64,000 bases of DNA from positions 3,136,001 through 3,200,000 of the forward strand of contig OZ242383.1 in NCBI GenBank assembly GCA_965209155.1, in the 5' to 3' direction. Shown here piece after piece: positions 19,811-28,506 of the stretch. The notes below the pieces were generated by a model. That model made no database searches. It had not been told where the DNA came from and saw only the letters and a program-made list of their open reading frames with translations. The position numbers were made by a program, and so were the translations under genes. The stretch is from a bacterium. GTDB taxonomy: Bacteria; SAR324; NAC60-12. Numbering within the stretch: position 1 is the first letter of the stretch; each line of letters begins with the position of its first letter.

Positions 19811-20950
19811 TTAAAAATAAATCCCCTCATACAGTTCTTGAATGAAATCTTGGTATGGCAGAATCAAGATCCCCTCCTGCGTTTCGCGTTTGTGCTCTTC
19901 CAAACAAACGAGCACCCGTTGTTGACACGGGATTTCCTCTGCGATTGCTTTCAACCCCTTGAGGTGGGAGGGTTTGACGTTTTGGGTGGCTTTTGCCTCA
20001 AGCGCCAACCAAAAATCATTGATGATAAAATCCACTTCGATGCCACTGGCTAAGCGCCAGTAAGAGAGATCCGCAAAGGCTTCTGCATAGTGATTGTAAG
20101 TTTTCAATTCGTGATAAACCCAATTCTCAAATGCCTTGCCAAACAATTCTGATCCCACTTCCAGGGAGCCTCGTTTACAGAGAAAATTGACCAGGCCCAC
20201 ATCGGCATAATAAAACTTAGGCGCTTGAATGGTGCGGCGTTTCATCCGTTTGCGATAGGCGGGCAAAAAGGAAGCCAGCAGCGTGTCTTCCAAGATTTCA
20301 AAGTAAGCGCGAACTGTATGGCTGGATACCCCACAATCTCTCGCGATATTTGAATAATTGACAATTTGACCATCCGAGAAGGCGGCGGCTGTTAAAAAAT
20401 ACCCAAACACCGGGAGACGGCGTACCATGCCTTCAGCGGCAATTTCTTCTTTCAAATAATCCGAAATATAACTATTGAGCCTGCGTTGGGGATGGTTGCC
20501 CAGATAATGCCGTGGTAAATACCCCTGATTGAGGCATCGTGTCAAATCAAACGCGCCTCCCATTTCGTTAGCGCTTAAGCCAAATAATTCAAAACGATTG
20601 GCTCGACCACCCAGGAGATTGGCATGTCCCCGCTTGACGCGGCGGGCACTTGATCCACATAAGGCAAATTGCACCGCCGTGTTTTCCAGCAGCCAATGGA
20701 TCTCATCCAGGAGATCCGGGACTTTCTGGATTTCATCAATGACAATATGCCTGATGGCCGGATTGCCGGCCACCCTTTCCCGCAACTGATGCGGCGCTTG
20801 CATGTAGCGGCGAAATTCTTCGGATTTCAATAAATCGATCCACAGGGACTCGCGAAATTGAGCCTTCAATAAAGTGGTTTTACCCGTTTGCCGCGGCCCC
20901 CAGAGGAAAAAGGTTTCCTCCGTGGGTAAATTGAGCTTTCTTCTAAACAT
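19811..20950 (-). CDS. AAA_14 ATPase with C-terminal DUF4143 (restriction-endonuclease-like) domain
   Basis: GPRQTGKT, VIDEIQK, LCGSS, LLGGRA, KFYYADVG, AFENWV, EVDFI..EAK. Confidence 0.9.
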   Translation of the reverse strand: MFRRKLNLPTEETFFLWGPRQTGKTTLLKAQFRESLWIDLLKSEEFRRYMQAPHQLRERVAGNPAIRHIVIDEIQKVPDLLDEIHWLLENTAVQFALCGSSARRVKRGHANLLGGRANRFELFGLSANEMGGAFDLTRCLNQGYLPRHYLGNHPQRRLNSYISDYLKEEIAAEGMVRRLPVFGYFLTAAAFSDGQIVNYSNIARDCGVSSHTVRAYFEILEDTLLASFLPAYRKRMKRRTIQAPKFYYADVGLVNFLCKRGSLEVGSELFGKAFENWVYHELKTYNHYAEAFADLSYWRLASGIEVDFIINDFWLALEAKATQNVKPSHLKGLKAIAEEIPCQQRVLVCLEEHKRETQEGILILPYQDFIQELYEGIYF

Positions 20951-21262
20951 CTGGTTCCAATTATCATGATAGTTTGAAGTAATATTTCAATCAATCATTA
21001 CAATAATTGAAGTGGATAGAAAGATCAACCCCCTTATTCACTTGTCGGTTGGAGTGAGCGTCATGGCGCAACCAAAATCCAGTGTTTTTTCCAATGGCGA
21101 TAATGATCGTAAACGCTTTGCCAGGGAGGTAAATCAGAGTGCTAAGCGCTCTTGCTTCCATCAAGAGCATAAAGACCTTTCCGGACTCTATGCCCGGCAA
21201 AATCTGTTTTTAAATCGATGGGTTTTCTGAAAATACCTGAATAGTTACAGAAAAATTCACAA

Positions 21263-22438
21263 TTATTCGTCAGCATACACCTGGGTCTGTCCATCATCAT
21301 CTACATAAATACGTGGGACCCGGTTGTTGAAGCGGGTGAGGATTTCATAAGGAATGGTTCCAGCTTTTTCTGCCATTTCCTCGACACTGAGTCGCTCATG
21401 GCCCTGGGAACCGATCAAAACTACCTCATCACCATTGTACGCGCTCCCTTTTTCTATATTGACCATAAACTGGTCCATACAAACCCTTCCTACAATCGGA
21501 TAACGTTTTCCTCGAATCAATACCTCTCCACGACTTGAAAGGGAACGGCAAAACCCGTCTCCATAACCTATTGGGATTGTTACGACTCGAATATTATGAT
21601 CCGTTCGCCAAGTAGATCCATAACTGATAGGGTTATTCGCCAGAACTACCTTAAAATAGACCACTGTGGAACTCAAGGAAAGGACAGGTTCTATGGCAAG
21701 AACTCGTCGACAGGTAGGATCGGGATATATACCATAAAGAATGATGCCGGGCCGCACCATATCTAAATGGGTTTGGGGGAAATGCAAGATTCCCCCGGAA
21801 TTGGCCAGATGCCTAATGGGGACAGGAACTTGCAATTTTTCAAACTTATAAAGAGCTTCCTCAAACCGGTTCAATTGCTCATGCGTCATCGGTGAGTCGG
21901 GATCATCCGCACATGCTAAATGGGAATAGATGCCTTTTAGCCGACAATGTTTGGAGCGTACGGCAGCTTCAATAAAAGGTTCCGCCGAATAACTGTGAAC
22001 TCCGATTCTCTCCATACCCGTATCGATTTTCAGGTGGATGACTGCTTTTTTTCGTTTGTATGCAGCTACTGCGTCCACTTGTCTCAGTTTATCCAAAGAA
22101 GATACGGTCAATTCCAAATCAAAGTCCAAAAAAAACTCGATTTGCGTATTCAAAATACCTCCCAAAACCAGAATGGGACACCGGATTCCCCCTTTTCGCA
22201 GGGCAATTCCCTCCTCTAAGAAAGCAACGCCGATGTGCTCTACTCCCAAATTGACAAGGTGACTTGTGACGGGAAGCAAACCATGCCCATAGGCGTTTGC
22301 TTTGACAATTGCCATGATTTTGCTACCTTTGATGTGCTCACGGATTGTCTGCAAATTGTGAGTGAGTCGATGAAGATGAATGGTGGCTATGGTAGGACGC
22401 ATCGCCACTCCGTCACGATCAAAAGGCAGTTCAATCAT
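21263..22438 (-). CDS. alr: Alanine racemase
   Basis: VKANAYGHG PLP lysine, KIDTGMERIG, ISYG, GYGDG, GRVCMDQ; the start may be the second Met (MRPT). Confidence 0.97.
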   Translation of the reverse strand: MIELPFDRDGVAMRPTIATIHLHRLTHNLQTIREHIKGSKIMAIVKANAYGHGLLPVTSHLVNLGVEHIGVAFLEEGIALRKGGIRCPILVLGGILNTQIEFFLDFDLELTVSSLDKLRQVDAVAAYKRKKAVIHLKIDTGMERIGVHSYSAEPFIEAAVRSKHCRLKGIYSHLACADDPDSPMTHEQLNRFEEALYKFEKLQVPVPIRHLANSGGILHFPQTHLDMVRPGIILYGIYPDPTCRRVLAIEPVLSLSSTVVYFKVVLANNPISYGSTWRTDHNIRVVTIPIGYGDGFCRSLSSRGEVLIRGKRYPIVGRVCMDQFMVNIEKGSAYNGDEVVLIGSQGHERLSVEEMAEKAGTIPYEILTRFNNRVPRIYVDDDGQTQVYADE

Positions 22439-22562
22439 GACCCAATGTCTTTCGACTAACTGAACCGGATTTCATAAATGCCCCAAGTAAAAAATTCAGT
22501 GTTTTCACTGGTCATCCGTAGTATTTTAAACACACATTCTCCGTTTGTTGTCCTAAAAGCAA

Positions 22563-24800
22563 TTGATATCTCTGATGGTACTTTCAGAAACTTCCGGCAA
22601 GCGCATTAAAATCACAGCAGGTCGTTTTACGCAAGCTTTACTGATAGGGATGGCCTTTTTTCTCCTTCCAGAACTGTCAATGTTGCATGCGCAAGAAGAG
22701 CAAATTTCTGATCTGAAACCTCTCTGGAACCGGATTATAAGCCTCTACAAACAACGCGCATTCAAACATGTAATCCTTGAATTAACTCCTGTTGTGACGG
22801 CTTCACTTGGCGATGCGGATTATTTGAAACGAGCCTGGTTTCTGTTGGGGCAATGCTATATAGAAATTGAAGAATATGAACTTGCCCTGAAAAGTTTTCA
22901 AGAAGGAGAAAAGCTGGACGACAAGTATGCGGATTTATGGACTTACCATAAGATGCGTACATATTTGCGTGCCAGGCAACAAGCAAAAGCAATTCCATTG
23001 ATCAAAGAATTGCTTCGTCCTCCTGTCAGTCCTTTCTATTTGAAAAAAATCAAAGCCAACATTAAAAATTATTTTCATAGTCGTGAAACCGCACCTTTGA
23101 TATATCCAATCCTGTCTACCGCTTCCAAGCAACAATCTCCCTTACTGCAAGATCATCATATCATTGATATTTTTGCTAACAGTGCTTCCATTCGTAAAGA
23201 ACCATTCCCACCCCGACATTTTATCACTCAATGGCTCAACCCGGAAAACGTTGAAACGGCCGAGCAATCCGAGGCTATGATTAAAAGGCTCAAATTGAAG
23301 AGACAGGCGCATCTTCGTGCAAAGGACTATTTGAGGCGCATCAAAAAACTGAAGGAACTGAAACTCTTTGAATACTTGATAAGAATCGTTCCTCAGCAGA
23401 TTTCAGACATTCACGATCTCGAAGTCCGTACCCAAGTAGCAAATATTTATTTATATGCTCTTTTTCAAGCAAAACAGTACCATACCATCCTCGACCTGCG
23501 AAAAAAGAAGCAATTGACGAATGTGTATAATGCCTATCCGACCTCGCAGCTTTTTTGGAGTATGCGCTCTTATCAGCGCTTGAAAGATTTGAAATCTGCC
23601 AAACTGATGATTACCCTCTTGGAAGACACAAATCCTGGTTCGACATGGCTGCCTGTCGCCTATCAAAAAATGGCGGAAACTTACGAAGTGCATGATGATG
23701 AAAAAAGTGCGGATCTGTGGTGGGAAAAACTGGCCAAAAGGTTTCCAAGAACAGAAGAAGCAGCAATCGCTTTCTGGAAACTGACTTGGTATCGTTACCG
23801 GCATCAACGATATCAGGATGCTCTGTACTTTGTTCAACGAGCTTTTGAATACCAAAAATTGTCCCCCGAAGTTTTTGCTAAATTCCTTTACTGGCAGGGA
23901 AAATTGGAATACTACGCAGGGCAAACAGCTCATGCGGATGAAACATTTAAAATACTACAACAACAGTGGCCAAATACGTATTACAATCTTCATTTTTTGA
24001 GCCAACCAGGAGAGTGGACCACCCAAATCAATACCTTCGGCATTACTGCGTCTCAAAAAAAATTCTGGCATCAAAATACCAATCCACCTTCAGGAAAAAC
24101 AAACGCGCTTGTCAAACGTTATGAATTCCTGTTCGCAGTGGGTCAAAATGAACAAGCCGTATTCGAACTCCTCCGGGACGTGCCTCGATATAACAAGCGA
24201 CCCATAATCTGGAAAGGAAGCGAATTGCTTTATAAAAACGAAGAATTTTATCCGCTTCAAAGTTTCATCAGCAACTATTTCCTACATGATTTAAAAAAGC
24301 TTTCAACCGAAGAAAAAACACTCTGGCAATATGCCTATCCGAGACCTTATTGGTCCTATATTCAAGAGAGGAGTCGCAGAGCGAAGATCGATCCATACTG
24401 GGTACTGGCGACGATCCGGGAAGAAAGTCGATACGACCCCCATGCGCTTTCCGTTGCAGATGCCCACGGGCTTATGCAGTTGATCCTACCAACGGCTTAT
24501 AAAATGGCCATGCAGTTAAATATTCGCTTGACCAACATCAATAATTTATATGAACCCCATGTCAATATCCAACTGGGTACGCATTATTTGGGAAATTTAG
24601 CTCATGAGTTTAAACATCAATTGGTCTATGTTTCAGGAGGATACAATGCAGGGGAGCATCGTGTAAGAGATTGGTTGAAAAAATATGCTGATCTTCCCAT
24701 GGATGAATATGTGGAATCGATTCCTTTTCGGGAAACAAGAAACTATGTCAAACGGGTATTCATGTCCTACCACCTTTATAAGAAAATCTATCAGAATTAA
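22563..24800 (+). CDS. Soluble lytic murein transglycosylase (Slt70-like) with TPR-like helical N-terminus
   Basis: IREESRY, GLMQL, NIQLGTHYL, YNAG, ESIPFRETRNYVKRV; N-terminal signal/TM segment; exact start uncertain. Confidence 0.93.
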   Translation: MISLMVLSETSGKRIKITAGRFTQALLIGMAFFLLPELSMLHAQEEQISDLKPLWNRIISLYKQRAFKHVILELTPVVTASLGDADYLKRAWFLLGQCYIEIEEYELALKSFQEGEKLDDKYADLWTYHKMRTYLRARQQAKAIPLIKELLRPPVSPFYLKKIKANIKNYFHSRETAPLIYPILSTASKQQSPLLQDHHIIDIFANSASIRKEPFPPRHFITQWLNPENVETAEQSEAMIKRLKLKRQAHLRAKDYLRRIKKLKELKLFEYLIRIVPQQISDIHDLEVRTQVANIYLYALFQAKQYHTILDLRKKKQLTNVYNAYPTSQLFWSMRSYQRLKDLKSAKLMITLLEDTNPGSTWLPVAYQKMAETYEVHDDEKSADLWWEKLAKRFPRTEEAAIAFWKLTWYRYRHQRYQDALYFVQRAFEYQKLSPEVFAKFLYWQGKLEYYAGQTAHADETFKILQQQWPNTYYNLHFLSQPGEWTTQINTFGITASQKKFWHQNTNPPSGKTNALVKRYEFLFAVGQNEQAVFELLRDVPRYNKRPIIWKGSELLYKNEEFYPLQSFISNYFLHDLKKLSTEEKTLWQYAYPRPYWSYIQERSRRAKIDPYWVLATIREESRYDPHALSVADAHGLMQLILPTAYKMAMQLNIRLTNINNLYEPHVNIQLGTHYLGNLAHEFKHQLVYVSGGYNAGEHRVRDWLKKYADLPMDEYVESIPFRETRNYVKRVFMSYHLYKKIYQN

Positions 24801-24810
24801 AATCAGTTTC

Positions 24811-24845
24811 ACTCATTTCATTAGCCGGATTGAATGAGTTTCTTT
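24811..24845 (+). terminator. Possible intrinsic terminator after the slt gene
   Basis: ACTCATTTCA / TGAATGAGT hairpin followed by TTCTTT. Confidence 0.4.
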
Positions 24846-24846
24846 A

Positions 24847-25003
24847 TTCCCTTTTGGTCTGAATTTTTAACATGGACTTTGAGGCTCAGGTCGGCAGGGC
24901 TCCTCTTCTAATCCCAGTGAGTTGACATGGGGTCACGACCGCGCTGCGGCAATTGTGGAGTCACTTTTGCTCAAGGCGGCCGACCGTGAATAGCTTAAGG
25001 GAA
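24847..25003. ncRNA. Candidate structured RNA (long rod with internal bubble, 6S-like topology)
   Basis: TTCCCTT (24847) / AAGGGAA (24997) outer stem and GGTCGGC (24889) / GCCGACC (24979) inner stem; GC-rich island between convergent genes; no family motif recognised. Confidence 0.3.
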
Positions 25004-25100
25004 AGATGGAAGCGGTCGAGGATATTCCCAAACAAGCCATCTTGCAGGAATTGCCGTGCAACCAGGAGTCCTATAGGAATTATTCGGAATGGCCAAACTC

Positions 25101-26456
25101 TCAATCAGACTGCGAAGTGAGATGAAAATGTAAAGGTGGGAACCCTCGCTGATCCTGGCAATTCGATTTAATACGGTAATGAGGGTAAATGGCGAGAATT
25201 TGGTTTTGATGGCAAATCAAAGGGATACGATTTCTCTCATGAAGAGGAAAATTTTGATTTCGTAAAAAGTCTTTTAATTTCACTGGACCATGCTTCCAAT
25301 GAGGATGAAAACGGTCACCCGCTTTTCGATATCGCACAATCAAATGACTTCGAGGAGCAATATTGAAAAGTACCAATCCTTCTGAGGGTAACTCCCGGCC
25401 TGATTTTAAAACCCGACATTTGATTTGCTGATCCTGGGCTAAATAACTACTAATTTCGATAGTATCACACCACCAATTGGAAAAATTTGTGGCTTGCGCA
25501 GAACTTACCGAAATGATATCTCCTTCGCATCTACAGATTTTCTTTCCGGGTAAGTGAAACTCCCATTGATTTTTACCAGATAAGATCAGGTTTAAAATTT
25601 TCCGGATATGAAGATAGCTTAAATTGCTGACACCTTGATCACTCAAATAGTGATACAAACAGGCACCCCGAACCATGGTTGATTCTTTGAGCAAGTTCTT
25701 GATAAATAGGATATCTTGTTCTTTCCAATGGATATTGCCCTTACTTTGTTGGATCCAGTGTTTGAGCTGTGCGCTTTGTTCTGAAAGATCATTGATCCGG
25801 GAATTGAGTTCCCCCCCTACCAATTCATTTATCAAAGGAATTAGTTCCAATCGAATGCGATTCCTCAGGTACCGGGTAGTTTGATTAGATTGATCTTCCA
25901 TCCAGGTTTGCGAAATACTCCGCAAATATTGCTGGAGTTCCAATTTAGTGCAATTGAGCAGAGGACGAACATAGAAACCATTTTTCCAATCCATGCCCCG
26001 TAAATTAGAGAGATGACAACCTCTCAGCAATTTGAATAAAAATGTTTCTGCCTGATCATCGGCATGATGCGCAGTCGCAATATGAGTCGCACTGATCTCA
26101 GCACGAATTTTTTCGGAAAACCGCATGCGCCATTGTCTGGATTTCTCCTGTACACCTGTAAATTCTTGGGCGAGTGACTGAGACACAAGAGTGTGCATGG
26201 GAAGTCCATATTGCTTTGCTAAGGCTTCGACAAAATGACGTTCTGTCGGAGACTCTGGTCGAAGCCCATGGTCGAAATGGAGAACATGCACTGCAAGTCT
26301 CCACTGCTTCTGTAACTCAAACAAGACATTTAATAGTGCTACAGAATCGCTACCCCCGCTAACGCAAACCAAAAGGGTACTTTTTTCTTCAAATAGCTGA
26401 TGGGCTTTAATATTGTCTGAAATTTTTTTTGTAAAAGAAGAGATGGACATAGTCAT
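25101..26456 (-). CDS. tilS: tRNA(Ile)-lysidine synthase
   Basis: SGGSDS PP-loop, DHGLR, TAHHADDQAET, RPLL, RNRIR, C-terminal GDRF..KLKDFL. Confidence 0.96.
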   Translation of the reverse strand: MTMSISSFTKKISDNIKAHQLFEEKSTLLVCVSGGSDSVALLNVLFELQKQWRLAVHVLHFDHGLRPESPTERHFVEALAKQYGLPMHTLVSQSLAQEFTGVQEKSRQWRMRFSEKIRAEISATHIATAHHADDQAETFLFKLLRGCHLSNLRGMDWKNGFYVRPLLNCTKLELQQYLRSISQTWMEDQSNQTTRYLRNRIRLELIPLINELVGGELNSRINDLSEQSAQLKHWIQQSKGNIHWKEQDILFIKNLLKESTMVRGACLYHYLSDQGVSNLSYLHIRKILNLILSGKNQWEFHLPGKKICRCEGDIISVSSAQATNFSNWWCDTIEISSYLAQDQQIKCRVLKSGRELPSEGLVLFNIAPRSHLIVRYRKAGDRFHPHWKHGPVKLKDFLRNQNFPLHERNRIPLICHQNQILAIYPHYRIKSNCQDQRGFPPLHFHLTSQSD

Positions 26457-26524
26457 TCATTGAATTAAGGCAAAAAGAGCTTGCCTTTTTAAGCATCTCT
26501 TTTTTCCTCAGAATAAGGACGTGC

Positions 26525-27178
26525 TTGTCAAATATTGGAATTTTATGCTCCTTGTGGGCAGAAGCAAAACCCTTTCTTTCCTGGCATCCTCCGCCTCGGG
26601 TCTACCGTTTCAAGCATCTTACCTGGTTTGAGATGAGATGGCAGAAACATCATCTGAGGGTCGTGGTCAGTAAAGTGGGGAAAAAAAATGCAATCAGGGC
26701 CGCGAAGTTACTCATTAAAGAACATTTTCCGGAGTTGGTCGTCAATTTTGGAAGTGCGGGTGCCATTGCGTCCGGTATGAAAATTGGAGATATTGTTGTC
26801 GCTTGCGCCACGGCAGAATATCTACAACCTCCCCCATTATGCAGTCTATTGGTTGCAGATTCCAGAGTTCTTTCCATTGCCCGTGACTTTCCTCAAATCC
26901 GACTAGGACCCATAGTTTCAGGAGATCAGAATATTGACAGTGAAATTCTGAAAAAAAAATTATATTTACGCTACAAAGCTCTCTGTGGAGATTGGGAAAG
27001 CGCGGTGGTTATGAGAACTTGCAGGGAACATCAAACAGGTGCTCTTGCCTTTCGCGTTATTACAGATTTAGGAAACAAAAACACAACGGCAGATTTTGAG
27101 CGATTTCATGCTGATGTGTTGCAGAAAGCCGCTTTATTGCTGAAACAATACTTAAACTGTTGGAGTCCCATGGACTGA
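26525..27178 (+). CDS. MTA/SAH nucleosidase-like phosphorylase family protein
   Basis: VGKKNA, VVNFGSAGA, GDIVV, SGDQ, DWESA, FRVITD. Confidence 0.8.
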   Translation: MSNIGILCSLWAEAKPFLSWHPPPRVYRFKHLTWFEMRWQKHHLRVVVSKVGKKNAIRAAKLLIKEHFPELVVNFGSAGAIASGMKIGDIVVACATAEYLQPPPLCSLLVADSRVLSIARDFPQIRLGPIVSGDQNIDSEILKKKLYLRYKALCGDWESAVVMRTCREHQTGALAFRVITDLGNKNTTADFERFHADVLQKAALLLKQYLNCWSPMD

Positions 27179-28321
27179 AAGGGCATCTTGGATTTCTTGA
27201 ATGACTCCTGTGTGGTGTTCATTTCTAGACGCCTCTTCCAAAATAGTTTTTGCATCAGCATGTTCGATTTGTCCCAATGCCCAAGCAGAATGAGAACGAA
27301 TGAGGGGTTCTGCATCTTGTAAACCGTGTTTCAGCGCTGGAATTGCCAATGGACTCCCCCAGTTTCCCAAAGCAATGGCGACATTACGCAAAAATCCTCT
27401 CCGTTTTGCTCTTTTAACTGCGCTGTTTTTAAATCGTATGTTGAATTCATCCTGGGTTAAATACATCAATGGAATCAGCTCCGGCATAATGTTTTCGGCT
27501 CTGGGTCGGAATCCGGGTTCCCGGGAAATGGAAGCTTTATTATTCCAAGGGCAGACTTCCTGACAGATATCGCACCCAAAAACTAAATTTCCCATTGAAG
27601 ATCGGAATTGTTGCGGTATAGGTCCTTTTAATTCAATAGTGAGATACGAAATACATCGACGTGCGTCGATTTGCCCCTCAGGAACAATAGCATCGGTTGG
27701 GCACGCTTCCAGGCACTTGGTGCAATTTCCACAATCTCCCCGGGGAACAACTGCATCATAAATCAACTTTGTGTCCAGTAAAATTTCTGCTAAAAAAAAC
27801 CAAGATCCCTCTTTCCAGTTGATCAACATTGAGTTTTTACCAAGCCACCCTAGTCCTGCTCGATACGCATATTCGCGCTCCAGGATAGGACCGGTGTCTA
27901 CGTAGACACGACTGTTTTTTTGACGAGGAATTATTTCTTTGATGAATTGGCGCAGTGCTTCCAACTTTTCGCGAACTAGCAGATGATAATCTGTCCCCCA
28001 GGCATAAGAACTGATTTTTCCCTTTGAAGACGAATTTTTTTCCGATTCAGGAATAGAGACCGTATAATAATTGATGCCCAATGAAATTAAAGAGAGGGTT
28101 TCAGGCATTACATTGCGCAGATCTTGTTTTTTTTCGAAATGCCGATTCAGATATCCCATTTCTCCTGAATATCCTTTAGCAAGCCATTGTCCGTAAATGT
28201 TGATGCTTTGGCTTGGTAAGACTGGCAGCACATGGACTAAATCAAAGCCGAGATTTCGGGCTTTATTTTTTATTTTTTCAGTTAATTCTGTGTTGCCAGA
28301 TAAAGTTTCTACAGCACGCAT
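27152..28321 (-). CDS. queG: Epoxyqueuosine reductase
   Basis: ISSYAWGTDYH, YVDTGPILER, AGLGWLGKN, CGNCTKCLEACPT, FGCDICQEVCPWN, C-terminal HEAT-like repeats. Confidence 0.96.
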   Translation of the reverse strand: MRAVETLSGNTELTEKIKNKARNLGFDLVHVLPVLPSQSINIYGQWLAKGYSGEMGYLNRHFEKKQDLRNVMPETLSLISLGINYYTVSIPESEKNSSSKGKISSYAWGTDYHLLVREKLEALRQFIKEIIPRQKNSRVYVDTGPILEREYAYRAGLGWLGKNSMLINWKEGSWFFLAEILLDTKLIYDAVVPRGDCGNCTKCLEACPTDAIVPEGQIDARRCISYLTIELKGPIPQQFRSSMGNLVFGCDICQEVCPWNNKASISREPGFRPRAENIMPELIPLMYLTQDEFNIRFKNSAVKRAKRRGFLRNVAIALGNWGSPLAIPALKHGLQDAEPLIRSHSAWALGQIEHADAKTILEEASRNEHHTGVIQEIQDALSVHGTPTV

Positions 28322-28506
28322 GGCGGAAATAAGAGGTTAAGGGCAATCATCCACTGACTATGGAACTTGTCGTAACTTAACCCGAATTCAAGATAAGAAT
28401 TTAATAGATTCAATATGTTATGGAATTTTCATATTTTGGAGAATCCATGTCGATCCCGAGGAAGCAGGAATCCGGAGGTAAGATTATTTTGCTTTTCTGT
28501 TTGAAT

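Noticed and set aside
21012..21230. 72-aa ORF between the AAA gene and alr
   Set aside because: No recognisable motif; a possible RBS before ATG 21063 is not enough support
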